A DNA stretch of 64,000 nucleotides from Candidatus Omnitrophota bacterium (GCA_016782495.1 JADHYL010000001.1:34360-98359); one strand, 5' to 3'. Counted from the stretch's first letter, positions 46,969-56,595 are shown. Program-made: numbers and translations. Notes: generated from the sequence alone by a model not told the origin.

Positions 46969-47625
46969 TTAGGCGGAAAATATCGCGCTACCTATGCGTA
47001 CCATGGTAGCGCCTTCTTCTACAGCAACCTCAAAATCCTGTGTCATACCCATTGAAAGTTCTTTCAGCCTGTGGGCATTCGCCAATTCTTTCAATTTTCT
47101 GAAATAAGGGCGTGTGACTTCGGCATCAGCTACAAGAGGTGCCATTGTCATCAAGCCTAGTACGTTTAGGTGTTTCAATGATCGGGTTTCTTCTAAAAAA
47201 TTTTCTATATCATTGGGCTTGATACCGAATTTACTTCCCTCACCCGAAACATTGACCTCCAGAAGAATATCCTGAACTTTGTTGTTTTTCGCGGCCTCCC
47301 GGTCTAATATATATGCTAATCTTACGCTATCAACGGAGTGAATAAGCGAAAATATCCTGACCGCTTCCCTTACCTTGTTCGACTGAAGGTGACCTATCAT
47401 GTGCCATGCAAGCACATGGGAATTCAATAAGTTCCTCTTTAATAAGGCTTCTTTTACGCGATTTTCACCGATGTCGGCGACACCAGCCTCTACTGCCTCG
47501 CGCACCTGGTCGATCTTGGCTTCCTTCGTAACGACCACGATTTTTACGCTTTCGAGGTCGCGACCTACCCTTTCTGCGGCAGCTTTTATCCTTTCTTTCA
47601 CTCGAGTGAGGTTTTCTTTTACCAT
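46969..47625 (-). CDS. yggS: YggS/PLPHP pyridoxal-phosphate homeostasis protein.
   Basis: 218-aa alanine-racemase-N fold. The lysine-containing motif (VVVTKEAK) and the C-terminal R.G are present. Confidence 0.85.
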   Translation of the reverse strand: MVKENLTRVKERIKAAAERVGRDLESVKIVVVTKEAKIDQVREAVEAGVADIGENRVKEALLKRNLLNSHVLAWHMIGHLQSNKVREAVRIFSLIHSVDSVRLAYILDREAAKNNKVQDILLEVNVSGEGSKFGIKPNDIENFLEETRSLKHLNVLGLMTMAPLVADAEVTRPYFRKLKELANAHRLKELSMGMTQDFEVAVEEGATMVRIGSAIFSA

Positions 47626-47634
47626 TTTGACGGT

Positions 47635-47711
47635 ATCCCGAATGTAGAAACATCTTTTAAAGTATCATCGGGATCCCGAAGATACTTTAAAAGAAGAATA
47701 TCTTATTCGGG
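47635..47711 (-). repeat. 77-nt near-perfect palindrome centred on TCGGGATCCCGA, located between the ftsA stop and the yggS start.
   Basis: The arms share TCCCGAAT, ATCTTTTAAAGTATC/GATACTTTAAAAGA and TCGGGA. Confidence 0.7.
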
Positions 47712-47761
47712 ATAGGGTAGCACATAAGTTTTCTAATGTCAATTGAAAATGGAAATTGGAA

Positions 47762-48823
47762 TTAGAAGTAGCTTTCGTAGATATCGTGAATCTTGCGGAA
47801 GGCTTTGCGAATCGGGTTCTTGTACCGACCGGAGGTCTTATATTCTGTGGCTATCTGATTAATAAGTCCGATCGTTGAGGTGTGAATAATTGCTTCTTGC
47901 GAGTTTAAATTGTGTCCTGCGTTTCTTGCGATTCCTATTCTCGCCGGCACCCCGAGCAGTTTTTCCGTCTCTTCGATAGCACCCTCAAGGAGTGCGCCCC
48001 CGCCTGTTACAACGGCGGAAGAAAAATTATTCTTGCCAGCGGCTAGACCAGCAAACACCTCTTTTAACAGTGCGGTTAACTTCTCCTTGTTTACGCGCAT
48101 TTTATCGTCCAGAATAGCGCTTGCGCCCTTCTTTATAATATGAGCGCTTTTTAGCATGCTGTTCTTAAAAATAAGCTCCTCGGTCAACGAATCGCCTATA
48201 TCGAGCAATAATACGCCGTTTTCCTTTTCTTGCCCGGTCAAAACGCCGTTTGCGGAAGCGATGCCGGAAAGATGTATTCCGTCCAAAAGAAGCCCGGCAT
48301 GGTCTATGCATTTGGTAATACTTTGCAGTTTTGATTGGCTTGCCGTCGCGATAAATGCCTCTACTTCCATTTTTATACCGTAAAGGCCTACGGGATTTCT
48401 GATGCTTGATGCCCCGCCATCAATGTAAAAACCCCTTACCGCTTTATCTATGACAATCCTGTCAAGCGGAACCTTCACCATGGCCGCGATTTCCAGGCAC
48501 CTTTTGACATCCCTTTTTGTAATTTCGCGTGGTATCTTAGATAGCGGGGCCATGCCACGTGCAATGTCCATCCGTACGTCAGCACTCTTGGTCGTGACAA
48601 AAACGTTTTTAATCCTTTTTTGCCGGTGTCGCTGCAACTTGCACACTACGGAATTTATGTCTTCGACGGCTTTATCCATATCCGTTATCTCTCCACCGCT
48701 TATGCCCCGCGAATATAAATTCTCGAGCGACAGGATATTGACTCGGCCATCCTTCCGCACGCTGGCCGAAACTGCGGCGATCTTGTTCGAACCCAAATCT
48801 ATAACCGTAACTAACTTTTTCAT
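47762..48823 (-). CDS. ftsA: Cell division protein FtsA. Start at MKKLVTVIDLG; the track ORF extends to 48931.
   Basis: Actin/SHS2 fold motifs (VIDLGSNKI, DIGDSLTE, VTGGGALLEG). Follows ftsQ. Confidence 0.88.
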   Translation of the reverse strand: MKKLVTVIDLGSNKIAAVSASVRKDGRVNILSLENLYSRGISGGEITDMDKAVEDINSVVCKLQRHRQKRIKNVFVTTKSADVRMDIARGMAPLSKIPREITKRDVKRCLEIAAMVKVPLDRIVIDKAVRGFYIDGGASSIRNPVGLYGIKMEVEAFIATASQSKLQSITKCIDHAGLLLDGIHLSGIASANGVLTGQEKENGVLLLDIGDSLTEELIFKNSMLKSAHIIKKGASAILDDKMRVNKEKLTALLKEVFAGLAAGKNNFSSAVVTGGGALLEGAIEETEKLLGVPARIGIARNAGHNLNSQEAIIHTSTIGLINQIATEYKTSGRYKNPIRKAFRKIHDIYESYF

Positions 48824-48830
48824 ACCCATC

Positions 48831-49607
48831 CTACCTCGGCCCGATAACAACGTCCTTAAATCTGAGATCCAGGTATTTGATATTCTTTTTGTCGAGATCT
48901 GGATTTTGAAGAGTCGTCTTGAGCATCTCAAGCCTTTTGCGAAAGTCTTCGCCCCCTATTTTCACTTCTATAGTGTCGTCAATGTAAAAAGAAATATTTT
49001 TGTAATTTGAAACATCAATCGTGGTCAGGTTGTAGTCGGAGAGTATAGAGCTTTCTTTAAGGGCGTCCAAAAGTAAGAACGCACTTTCTAATTGGCGGCT
49101 TTTCAAGTTCTCTCCCACGCGGGGCCTTGCCCAGGCGGAAAATCCTATTATAGTAGGGAGTTTGCCGCTTTTTATGCCCGGCGATAATATCATTCCGGTC
49201 CGGTCAACGGGAAAATATCTCCGGGCTTTTATCCGGGCGACGGGAATTCGTGGGATGACATCTATTTCCAGCCTGTTCGGCAGAACCCTTTTGACGACCG
49301 CATTTTTGACGGTCGGATAGTCATGTTTTATCCTGGAGGACAAAGCATTGATATTAATATCAAAAATATTCCGCCCTTTGTACAGCCGCAATAAATCATG
49401 CCGGTCGAGTCCGGAAGCGTAGCTTAAATCGTTTACCTGGATGTGCTCCAGTTTAAAATAAGACGAATTTCTAAAAAATAAAAATACTGTTAAAATTAAA
49501 ATAAAGGCTACTAAAAAAGGCAGAATTTTCTTTGTTACGGCTTTTGCCTTTGCCGGTTCGATTCTCTTTGGTCCGGGTCTCCGTTTTTTTACATTATCCT
49601 TGGCCAT
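48831..49607 (-). CDS. ftsQ: Cell division protein FtsQ/DivIB.
   Basis: N-terminal basic region, a transmembrane helix, and POTRA-like and beta domains. 258 aa. Position is ddl-ftsQ-ftsA. Confidence 0.75.
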   Translation of the reverse strand: MAKDNVKKRRPGPKRIEPAKAKAVTKKILPFLVAFILILTVFLFFRNSSYFKLEHIQVNDLSYASGLDRHDLLRLYKGRNIFDININALSSRIKHDYPTVKNAVVKRVLPNRLEIDVIPRIPVARIKARRYFPVDRTGMILSPGIKSGKLPTIIGFSAWARPRVGENLKSRQLESAFLLLDALKESSILSDYNLTTIDVSNYKNISFYIDDTIEVKIGGEDFRKRLEMLKTTLQNPDLDKKNIKYLDLRFKDVVIGPR

Positions 49608-49633
49608 TTATTACCTCCTTCAATGAGACCTGT

Positions 49634-49700
49634 CCTTGACATTTATGATGTCAAGGGTATCTTCTATAAGTTTACCCTCCGAATGGTCGAATTGAACCCC
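49634..49700 (-). repeat. Second copy of the hairpin repeat (CCTTGACAT, 5 nt, ATGTCAAGG, then GGT..CTTCTATAA..TT..CCCTCCGAA.GGTCGAA). It overlaps the ddl stop codon.
   Basis: About 80% identical over roughly 60 nt to 46095-46160. Confidence 0.7.
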
Positions 49701-50607
49701 TCCTGTACGCCAGCTCTACCAGCTTAAGACACAGATCTTCAAAGGTTATACCCGCTTTCGCGGCCGCCTTCGGTAAAAGGCTGCGCTGGGTCATGCCAGG
49801 AATCGTGTTTATCTCCAATACGTAAATGTTCCCGCCGGAATCCATGCGCATGTCAACGCGGGAAAAATCCCTGCAACCAAGCGCTTTATGCGCCTTTAGC
49901 GCCAATTCTTGAGCCCGTTTTGAATCTTCTTCCTTTAATTCTGCTGGAACAATATATTTCGTACCTTCATCTAAATACTTGGCGTCAAAATCGTATACAT
50001 TGTGTTTCGTAACGATCTCAATGATGGGAAGCGCTCTCTCCTCCAGGATGCCGACAGTCAGTTCCCTGCCGTGTATATATTCTTCGACGATGGCCGTCTT
50101 GCCGTAACCGAAAGCCATCTCCAGAGCTTGCCTCGCATGGATTTTATCACTGACTATCGATAGCCCTATGCTGGATCCCTCATGTTGGGGTTTAACTACA
50201 AAAGGTACCTCAAGGCTTGCTGTAATGTCCACTTCTTCAGCATTCTGCCTGACTATCATATATTTAGGCACGCTCAAGCCATTTGTCAGAAATAGTTCAC
50301 GCGAAGCAATTTTATCCAGCGCAAGCCTCGAGGCCCGAGCGCCTGAGCCCGTGTAGGGCAAATTTGATTCTTCCAATATTGTCTGGACCGATCCGTCTTC
50401 GCCAAACTTGCCGTGCAGGGCGATAAATACCAGAGCCGCGTCGATATTTTTTATCTTCGAGTGAAAGTCGCTATCAACATCCAGAAAATCCACCTCTTGG
50501 CGTTGTCTCTTAAGTGCGTCAAAAACGGCCCGCCCGCTTTTAAGGCTGATCTCACGCTCGCTGGAAGGCCCTCCGGCAAGCACAACTATCTTACCATAGC
50601 TCGCCAT
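49672..50607 (-). CDS. ddl: D-alanine--D-alanine ligase.
   Basis: MASYGKIVVLAGGPSSEREISLKSGRAV and an ATP-grasp fold. 311 aa. Confidence 0.9.
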   Translation of the reverse strand: MASYGKIVVLAGGPSSEREISLKSGRAVFDALKRQRQEVDFLDVDSDFHSKIKNIDAALVFIALHGKFGEDGSVQTILEESNLPYTGSGARASRLALDKIASRELFLTNGLSVPKYMIVRQNAEEVDITASLEVPFVVKPQHEGSSIGLSIVSDKIHARQALEMAFGYGKTAIVEEYIHGRELTVGILEERALPIIEIVTKHNVYDFDAKYLDEGTKYIVPAELKEEDSKRAQELALKAHKALGCRDFSRVDMRMDSGGNIYVLEINTIPGMTQRSLLPKAAAKAGITFEDLCLKLVELAYRRGSIRPFGG

Positions 50608-50616
50608 ATTTTCATC

Positions 50617-51501
50617 CTAAATTATTATAATTTCCGGTACCAGATTGACGTTAAAACGCGATTTAACGCGTGTTTTCACAAAACTGATAAGGCGCAGTAT
50701 ATCTTCTGCCTTTGCATTTTTTAAGTTAATGATAAAATTCGCATGTTGTTTTGAAATCTCGGCACCGCCCATTCTTTTGCCCTTTAAACCAAGCATGTCG
50801 ATATACTGTGCTGCCGAGCTTTTGTTGTTTGGATTTCGAAAAATACACCCGGCGCTAAAGTGGCCGAACGGCTGTTCCCACTTTTTAGTTTTTAAAAGAT
50901 CCCTCTTTCTTTTTAACAGCATCTTTCTCTTATTTTTTTTCAGCCGCAGTGTTGCCTCTAATATTATATATCTACTTAAATTCGATTGTCGATAGCCAAA
51001 CCTTATATCTTTTTGTCTGATAATCCTCGTTTTGCCGCCGGCTTTATCCATAAGCTTTAATTTTTCCAGACAATCCGATATGTTTCCCCTGTATCCGGAA
51101 TTCATAAAAATAGCTCCTCCGAGCGTCGCCGGGATTCCCACAAGCCCCTCTATTCCGCCGAGTCCCTTGCGGCAAGCAGCGTTTACTAAAACACCGAGCT
51201 CGGCCCCTGCGCCGGCTGTAACCCTTGTGCCGTCAAACCTAACCTTTTTAAAATGTTTGTTCCCGAGGTGAATCGCTATGCCGTCAAATCCTTTATCGCG
51301 GAATAAGATATTACTACCCATGCCGAGCACAAGTATCTTTCTTTTGTTTGACCTGGCAAACCTTAAAATTTCCCGTAGTTCATCTTCGCTCGAGGGCTCG
51401 ACCCATACTTTACAGGGCCCGCCTACATGAAATGTTGTATGCCTTGCGAGAGGTTCGTTAAAACGGACTTTACCTCGCACCTTTGGAAATTTGTTTTTCA
51501 T
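50617..51501 (-). CDS. murB: UDP-N-acetylenolpyruvoylglucosamine reductase.
   Basis: FAD-binding PCMH domain (TTFHVGGP...ILVLGMGSNIL). 294 aa. Confidence 0.88.
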   Translation of the reverse strand: MKNKFPKVRGKVRFNEPLARHTTFHVGGPCKVWVEPSSEDELREILRFARSNKRKILVLGMGSNILFRDKGFDGIAIHLGNKHFKKVRFDGTRVTAGAGAELGVLVNAACRKGLGGIEGLVGIPATLGGAIFMNSGYRGNISDCLEKLKLMDKAGGKTRIIRQKDIRFGYRQSNLSRYIILEATLRLKKNKRKMLLKRKRDLLKTKKWEQPFGHFSAGCIFRNPNNKSSAAQYIDMLGLKGKRMGGAEISKQHANFIINLKNAKAEDILRLISFVKTRVKSRFNVNLVPEIIII

Positions 51502-52888
51502 TTCTCTTTTTCATCTCTTGCAAAAGTTTGGGGGCTGTGCCTCCGATATCCCCCGCACCCATAATTAAAACAAGATCTCCCCTTTTTAGCTTTCCGGAGA
51601 GATATTTGGGTATTTTGTCCTTGTCCAATAACTTAACGGGGATAGACCTGTCTTTTAGCATGATCTCGTATATACTCCGGGAGCTGGCACCTTTTATTTT
51701 GTCCTCGCTGGCAGGATACACCTCGGTCAGTATGACTTCGTCCGAACCCGCAAAAGAGGCCGAAAACTCTTTATAAAATGATTTTGTCCTTGTGTACCTG
51801 TGCGGCTGAAAGACCGTTATAAGCCTTTCGGGTTTAAGTGAATATGCGGCGGAAATTGTCGCCTTGATCTCCGTGGGGTGGTGGGCGTAATCCTCAACTA
51901 TCTTCGCTCCGCCAACATCCCCTATAAGCTCAAACCTTCTTTTAACGCCTTTATAACCCGAAAGCGCGCGTTTCATCGTATCGAACCCTATTCCGAACTC
52001 AATGCCCAGCGCAATCACCGCCACCGCATTTAAAACATTATGAACCCCGGGCATGTTCAGCGCAAAGCGACCTATTTTTTCTCCTCTCTTAAAACAGTCA
52101 AATAGGATTTTGAACGTGTCGATTTTTACGTTTGCCGCATATACGTCCGCTTCTTCAGAGAATCCGAAGCTTACGGTTTTTCCTTTGAAAATCTTTGCGA
52201 GTTTCCTGAGGCGCCTGTCTTCGACTTTGTAGAAAAAAGTAGATCGAGAAGACTGGCCGGCGAGAAACTTCCTGAACGCATTCGCAAGATGCGCCTCGTC
52301 TTGGTAGTGCTCCAGGTGTTCTTTTTCAAGATTGGGCATAATAATGTGGGTAGCCTTTAGGATAACAAATCTGCCATCGCTTTCGTCTACCTCCGCTACG
52401 AGTGTTTTACTCTTTCCGGATTTGGCATTTCCTCCAAAGTGCGGGGATTCTCCACCTATTAAAACGGTGGGATCGGCCCCCGCTTCCTCCAGAAGAAGCG
52501 ATACCATCGCGGTAATTGTAGTTTTTCCGTGGGTTCCGGCAACTGCCACGACGTCTATATTCCCGTCCATAACCGTCTTTAAAAGCTCGATCCTCGATAT
52601 AATAAGAATCTTCTTTTCTTGGGCTGCCAGAATCTCCGGATTGTTCATGCGAATGCTTGACGAATATACAACAATATCCTGATCTTTTATGTAGGACTTA
52701 TCATGGCCTATGTTGACTATAATGCCTTTTCTGCGCAATTTCTTCACAATGCTCCCCTCGACAACATCCGAACCGCTCACTCTGCAACCTGACTCTTTTA
52801 AAATAAATGCCAGGCCACTCATGCCGATACCGCCTATGCCGATCATGTGAATTTTGCGGTTTTTTATCTGCAAGCTGCCGTCGTTCAC
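51470..52888 (-). CDS. murC: UDP-N-acetylmuramate--L-alanine ligase.
   Basis: IHMIGIGGIGMSGLA...AVAGTHGKTTITAM; Mur ligase domains. Confidence 0.9.
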   Translation of the reverse strand: MNDGSLQIKNRKIHMIGIGGIGMSGLAFILKESGCRVSGSDVVEGSIVKKLRRKGIIVNIGHDKSYIKDQDIVVYSSSIRMNNPEILAAQEKKILIISRIELLKTVMDGNIDVVAVAGTHGKTTITAMVSLLLEEAGADPTVLIGGESPHFGGNAKSGKSKTLVAEVDESDGRFVILKATHIIMPNLEKEHLEHYQDEAHLANAFRKFLAGQSSRSTFFYKVEDRRLRKLAKIFKGKTVSFGFSEEADVYAANVKIDTFKILFDCFKRGEKIGRFALNMPGVHNVLNAVAVIALGIEFGIGFDTMKRALSGYKGVKRRFELIGDVGGAKIVEDYAHHPTEIKATISAAYSLKPERLITVFQPHRYTRTKSFYKEFSASFAGSDEVILTEVYPASEDKIKGASSRSIYEIMLKDRSIPVKLLDKDKIPKYLSGKLKRGDLVLIMGAGDIGGTAPKLLQEMKKRNEKQISKGAR

Positions 52889-53967
52889 TTTAGCACTTCT
52901 TCCTTCAGCCTCTTTGCTCCGTCCACAACGCTAAGCCTCCCGGCGTTTTCCGCCAGAATTTTTCTCTTATCGGGATCGTCCATAAGTCCGATTATAAGGT
53001 TTTTTAATTCTTCGTTGGTGATGCGCTTTTCATCTCTGTAAATAGCGGCATTCTCTCTCGCAAAAAATTGTGCGTTAAAACGCTGGTTATTTTTTTCGTC
53101 GGGGTACGGTATGAGTATCATGGGTTTTTTGAATGCTGCCAGTTCAAAGACCGCTGCCGCGCCCGAGCGACTGATGGCCAGGTCGCATACGCTATATGCT
53201 TCATTTATGTCTTTTATAAATCCAAACACCTTGCCGTGTATGCCGTTTTCCTCGTAACGCTTCCGGATTTTCTCCACATTTTTTGGTCCAGCGATATGAA
53301 GAAGCTGCAAGCGTCTCTTTTTCTCGTCCGGCAGGAGGCCCACGCTTTTTGAAACCAGGTCATTCAGTGACCGTGCCCCCTGGCTGCCGCCCATAACGAG
53401 TATGGTCATTTTATCTTTTTCAAGACCGAGATCTAGAAATCCCTGAGGACCACAGTCTTCCAGGCTTTCCTTTCTCAAGGGATTTCCCGTAATAACGATA
53501 TTTCTATTGCGGAAATATTTTTTTGTCTCCGAAAAACTTATCGTAACTTTATCGACAAATCTATCAAGAAATCGATTTGTCCTGCCCGGAACTACGTTTT
53601 GCTCGTGGATAATCGTTTTTATGCCGATTAAAGCTGCCAATAAAACAATGGTGCCTCCGGTATATCCTCCAAAGCCGATAACCATACCCGGCCTGCAATT
53701 CGCAAGGATATACAAAGCGTGGAAACTATCGAGAATCAGCTTGAACGCAAAAATAAAAAACCGATATCCGAAATTATACGGCATCGGATTTGCAGAGAGA
53801 AATATTTTTTTATACTTTTTGTTTTCCAGTATGTTTCGATCAAGTTCTCTTCTGCTTGCCACAAAGATTATCTCGACCGCTTCACTCTCAAGCTCTTTTG
53901 CAAGCGAAACGGCGGGAAATATATGGCCTCCGCTTCCCCCGGATGCTATTAGTACTTTCATGCTCAT
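52885..53967 (-). CDS. murG: UDP-GlcNAc:undecaprenyl-PP-MurNAc-pentapeptide GlcNAc transferase.
   Basis: VLIASGGSGGHIFPAVSLA (GT28 N-terminal G-loop). 360 aa. Confidence 0.9.
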   Translation of the reverse strand: MSMKVLIASGGSGGHIFPAVSLAKELESEAVEIIFVASRRELDRNILENKKYKKIFLSANPMPYNFGYRFFIFAFKLILDSFHALYILANCRPGMVIGFGGYTGGTIVLLAALIGIKTIIHEQNVVPGRTNRFLDRFVDKVTISFSETKKYFRNRNIVITGNPLRKESLEDCGPQGFLDLGLEKDKMTILVMGGSQGARSLNDLVSKSVGLLPDEKKRRLQLLHIAGPKNVEKIRKRYEENGIHGKVFGFIKDINEAYSVCDLAISRSGAAAVFELAAFKKPMILIPYPDEKNNQRFNAQFFARENAAIYRDEKRITNEELKNLIIGLMDDPDKRKILAENAGRLSVVDGAKRLKEEVLK

Positions 53968-53993
53968 ATAGTTATATCTAACCGTTTAGCTAC

Positions 53994-54127
53994 GAGGGAC
54001 GATGGACGCCCACTCGCTTCGTTCGCTCGGACGAAGGACGATTCGCTTTTTAACCAATCGTCCTTCGTAACGCGGTTATAGTCATATACTCGTCCATCGT
54101 CCTTCATCCATCGTCCTTCGTAACGTG
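53994..54127. repeat. Nested inverted and direct repeats of a TCGTCC(T/A)TCG-type motif in the ftsW-murG spacer.
   Basis: ACGAAGGACGATT (54031-54043) pairs with AATCGTCCTTCGT (54056-54068). GACGATGGACG (53998-54008) pairs with CGTCCATCGTC (54091-54101). ATCGTCCTTCGTAACG is directly repeated at 54057-54072 and 54109-54124. Confidence 0.7.
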
Positions 54128-54138
54128 TTCCTTCTAAC

Positions 54139-55218
54139 CTACTCCCTCATCGCATTCAACATAACTCCCAGTGCAACCATGTGGAATACAAGCGAAGAAC
54201 CTCCATAGCTGATAAATGGCAAGGGCAGTCCTTTCGTCGGAAGCGCACCCACGCTCACGCCTATATTTACGAGCGCCTCAAAGGCGATCATGTTTGTTAT
54301 CCCGAATATAAGAATTTTATTAAAGGGTCTCTGCTCCTTGAAGAACGCTCGCATGCCCTGCCACACAAAAGCGCCGAAGAGAATAATAATGCAAGATGCA
54401 CCGATAAACCCGAGTTCCTCGCCAATTATGGAAAATATAAAATCCGTATGCGACTCGGGAAGATAGAAAAGTTTTTGCTTAGATTGCCCTAGCCCTACGC
54501 CGAAAAGCCCGCCAGATCCAAGCGCAAGAAATGATTGGATAATCTGAAAACCCGCGCCCTTCTTGTCATGCCAGGGGTTTAAAAAAATGAGCATTCGTTT
54601 TCTCCGATAGGGCACGCTGAATATTAAATAATATAGAACCGGAAGTCCTGGAAGGACTGTCATAAAAAGGTGTTTTAATTTCCCGCCGGCAATAAAAATA
54701 ATGAGAAACCCGATGAAAAAAATCGATATGGCTGTTCCGAGGTCCGGCTGAAGCAAAACCATAGAGCACGCGAGAATAACCACCGAGATACAAGGAATAT
54801 AACCAGAATATAGATCCTTTATCCTGTAACCTTTTCTGGACAAAAAATCCGCCAGGTATAAGATAAGGGTGAATTTTGCGAACTCTGATGGCTGTAAGCT
54901 AAGCGCCCCCATTCTGAACCAGCGCCGTGCTCCGCCGACCGATGCGCCTATGCCTGGAATAAGAACAAGCAACAAAAGTAAAAGTGACCCGAGCATTAAG
55001 GTTCTGGAGGATTTTTTGATTACATCGAGATTTACCGACATAGCGCATAACATAAGCAAAAATCCACCGAACAGAAACCAGAGGTGTTTTTTTAGGAAAA
55101 ATGCGCTGTTTCCGAATTTTTCATAGGCATATATCGCGCTTGAGCTGTATATCATGACAACGCCGAAAAAAAGCAATATAAGCGCAATTATAAAAATGGA
55201 TCTTCTGATATTTGCCAT
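54139..55218 (-). CDS. ftsW: SEDS-family divisome glycosyltransferase FtsW.
   Basis: 359-aa FtsW/RodA family protein in the murD-ftsW-murG position. Confidence 0.85.
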   Translation of the reverse strand: MANIRRSIFIIALILLFFGVVMIYSSSAIYAYEKFGNSAFFLKKHLWFLFGGFLLMLCAMSVNLDVIKKSSRTLMLGSLLLLLLVLIPGIGASVGGARRWFRMGALSLQPSEFAKFTLILYLADFLSRKGYRIKDLYSGYIPCISVVILACSMVLLQPDLGTAISIFFIGFLIIFIAGGKLKHLFMTVLPGLPVLYYLIFSVPYRRKRMLIFLNPWHDKKGAGFQIIQSFLALGSGGLFGVGLGQSKQKLFYLPESHTDFIFSIIGEELGFIGASCIIILFGAFVWQGMRAFFKEQRPFNKILIFGITNMIAFEALVNIGVSVGALPTKGLPLPFISYGGSSLVFHMVALGVMLNAMRE

Positions 55219-55222
55219 GATT

Positions 55223-56584
55223 TTAGCCTTTAGCCTTCAATCCCCGAACGGTCTTCTTGAAAATCTCGCCCCGCTCTTTATAGCTATCGAACATGTCAAA
55301 ACTCGAACACATGGGTGAAAGAAGCACGCACCCTTTGGGAGGCGCGCTTTCGTAGGCGGCCAGGACTGCTTCCTCGAGCGAATCTTTTTCCTCAACCTTT
55401 ACAAGCTTCTCAAAGAGATTCCTCATTTTCCGCCTTGTCTCGCCGATCAGGACGATTTTTTTTACATTCTTTTTCAAAGCGGGCAAAATCTTGCCGTAAG
55501 AGAGATTTTTATCCTTGCCGCCGGCTATGAGAACAGCCGGCTTCTGGAGGGACTCAAGCGCCCGACGGGTCGAATCCACATTTGTCGCTTTAGAATCATC
55601 TATAAATTCTATCCCGCCTATCGTTGCTATATTCTCGAATCGGTGCGCAAGCGGCTTAAACACCTTTACCACTTTTTCAATAGCATCCGGCCGTGCGCCC
55701 AACAAGGTGGCCGCCAAGGCGGATGCCAAAATATTCTCTAAATTATGCTCGCCTTTTAATGTGGAATCGCCGAGCGTAAACAGTTCTTTTGTTTTGCCCC
55801 TGAGAGATATTTTGACCGCGTTTTTATCAAGATATATTCCTTCGACTCTTTTCTTTCTGCTAAAATGAAAAAGGTGTGAGGCCATCTTCTTAGTTTTTCC
55901 CAGCTTCTGGAGATTTTTGTCGTCATAATTGAGTATGGTAATATCGTCGCCTCTTTGGTTTTTGAATATTCGCTTTTTGGCGTCAAAGTACGTTTTAAAA
56001 TCGCTGTACCTGTCCAGGTGGTCTTCCGCGATGTTGAGCATGACTGATATCTTCGGCCTGAAAAACGCTATCCATTCGAGCTGGAAAGAACTTGTTTCCA
56101 ATACGACCACTGTCCCTTTTTTGATATGCTCAACTTCGCCCGATAAGGAATTTCCTATGTTGCCACATACGCTAACGGGGAATTTGGCATTTCGCAGAAT
56201 TTCACCAAGGAGTGAAACAACGGTTGATTTTCCGTTCGTGCCGGTAACCGCTACGATGCGCCCCTTGCAGAAGTGGTACCCAAGCTCGAGTTCACTTATT
56301 AGGGGAATATTGTTTTCTCGCGCGTAGCGAATCGGCAGGGATGTCTTTTCCACGCCCGGGCTTACCACCAAGAGTTCTGTGTCGTGCAAAAAGGACTCGG
56401 TGTGCTTGGCAATTTCCAGATCTATATATTTTTCTTCGAGAAGCTTTGCGTTTTTTCTTATGTCTTCATTCTTGCTATTGTCCGTAACGGATACAATAGC
56501 ACCTTCTTTTTCGAGAAGTAAGGCACTTCCGATTCCGCTGTTTCCCAGCCCTACTACCGTAACTTTTTTATTCCGTAGATCCAT
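55223..56584 (-). CDS. murD: UDP-N-acetylmuramoylalanine--D-glutamate ligase.
   Basis: KVTVVGLGNSGIGSA...AVTGTNGKSTV. Confidence 0.9.
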   Translation of the reverse strand: MDLRNKKVTVVGLGNSGIGSALLLEKEGAIVSVTDNSKNEDIRKNAKLLEEKYIDLEIAKHTESFLHDTELLVVSPGVEKTSLPIRYARENNIPLISELELGYHFCKGRIVAVTGTNGKSTVVSLLGEILRNAKFPVSVCGNIGNSLSGEVEHIKKGTVVVLETSSFQLEWIAFFRPKISVMLNIAEDHLDRYSDFKTYFDAKKRIFKNQRGDDITILNYDDKNLQKLGKTKKMASHLFHFSRKKRVEGIYLDKNAVKISLRGKTKELFTLGDSTLKGEHNLENILASALAATLLGARPDAIEKVVKVFKPLAHRFENIATIGGIEFIDDSKATNVDSTRRALESLQKPAVLIAGGKDKNLSYGKILPALKKNVKKIVLIGETRRKMRNLFEKLVKVEEKDSLEEAVLAAYESAPPKGCVLLSPMCSSFDMFDSYKERGEIFKKTVRGLKAKG

Positions 56585-56595
56585 GATTACAGTAA

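Noticed and set aside
53968-54138. The ftsW-murG spacer, considered as a possible tRNA or other small RNA gene.
   Set aside because: There is no T-loop-like GGTTCGAATCC, and no D-arm or acceptor-stem complementarity. I reported it as a repeat structure instead.
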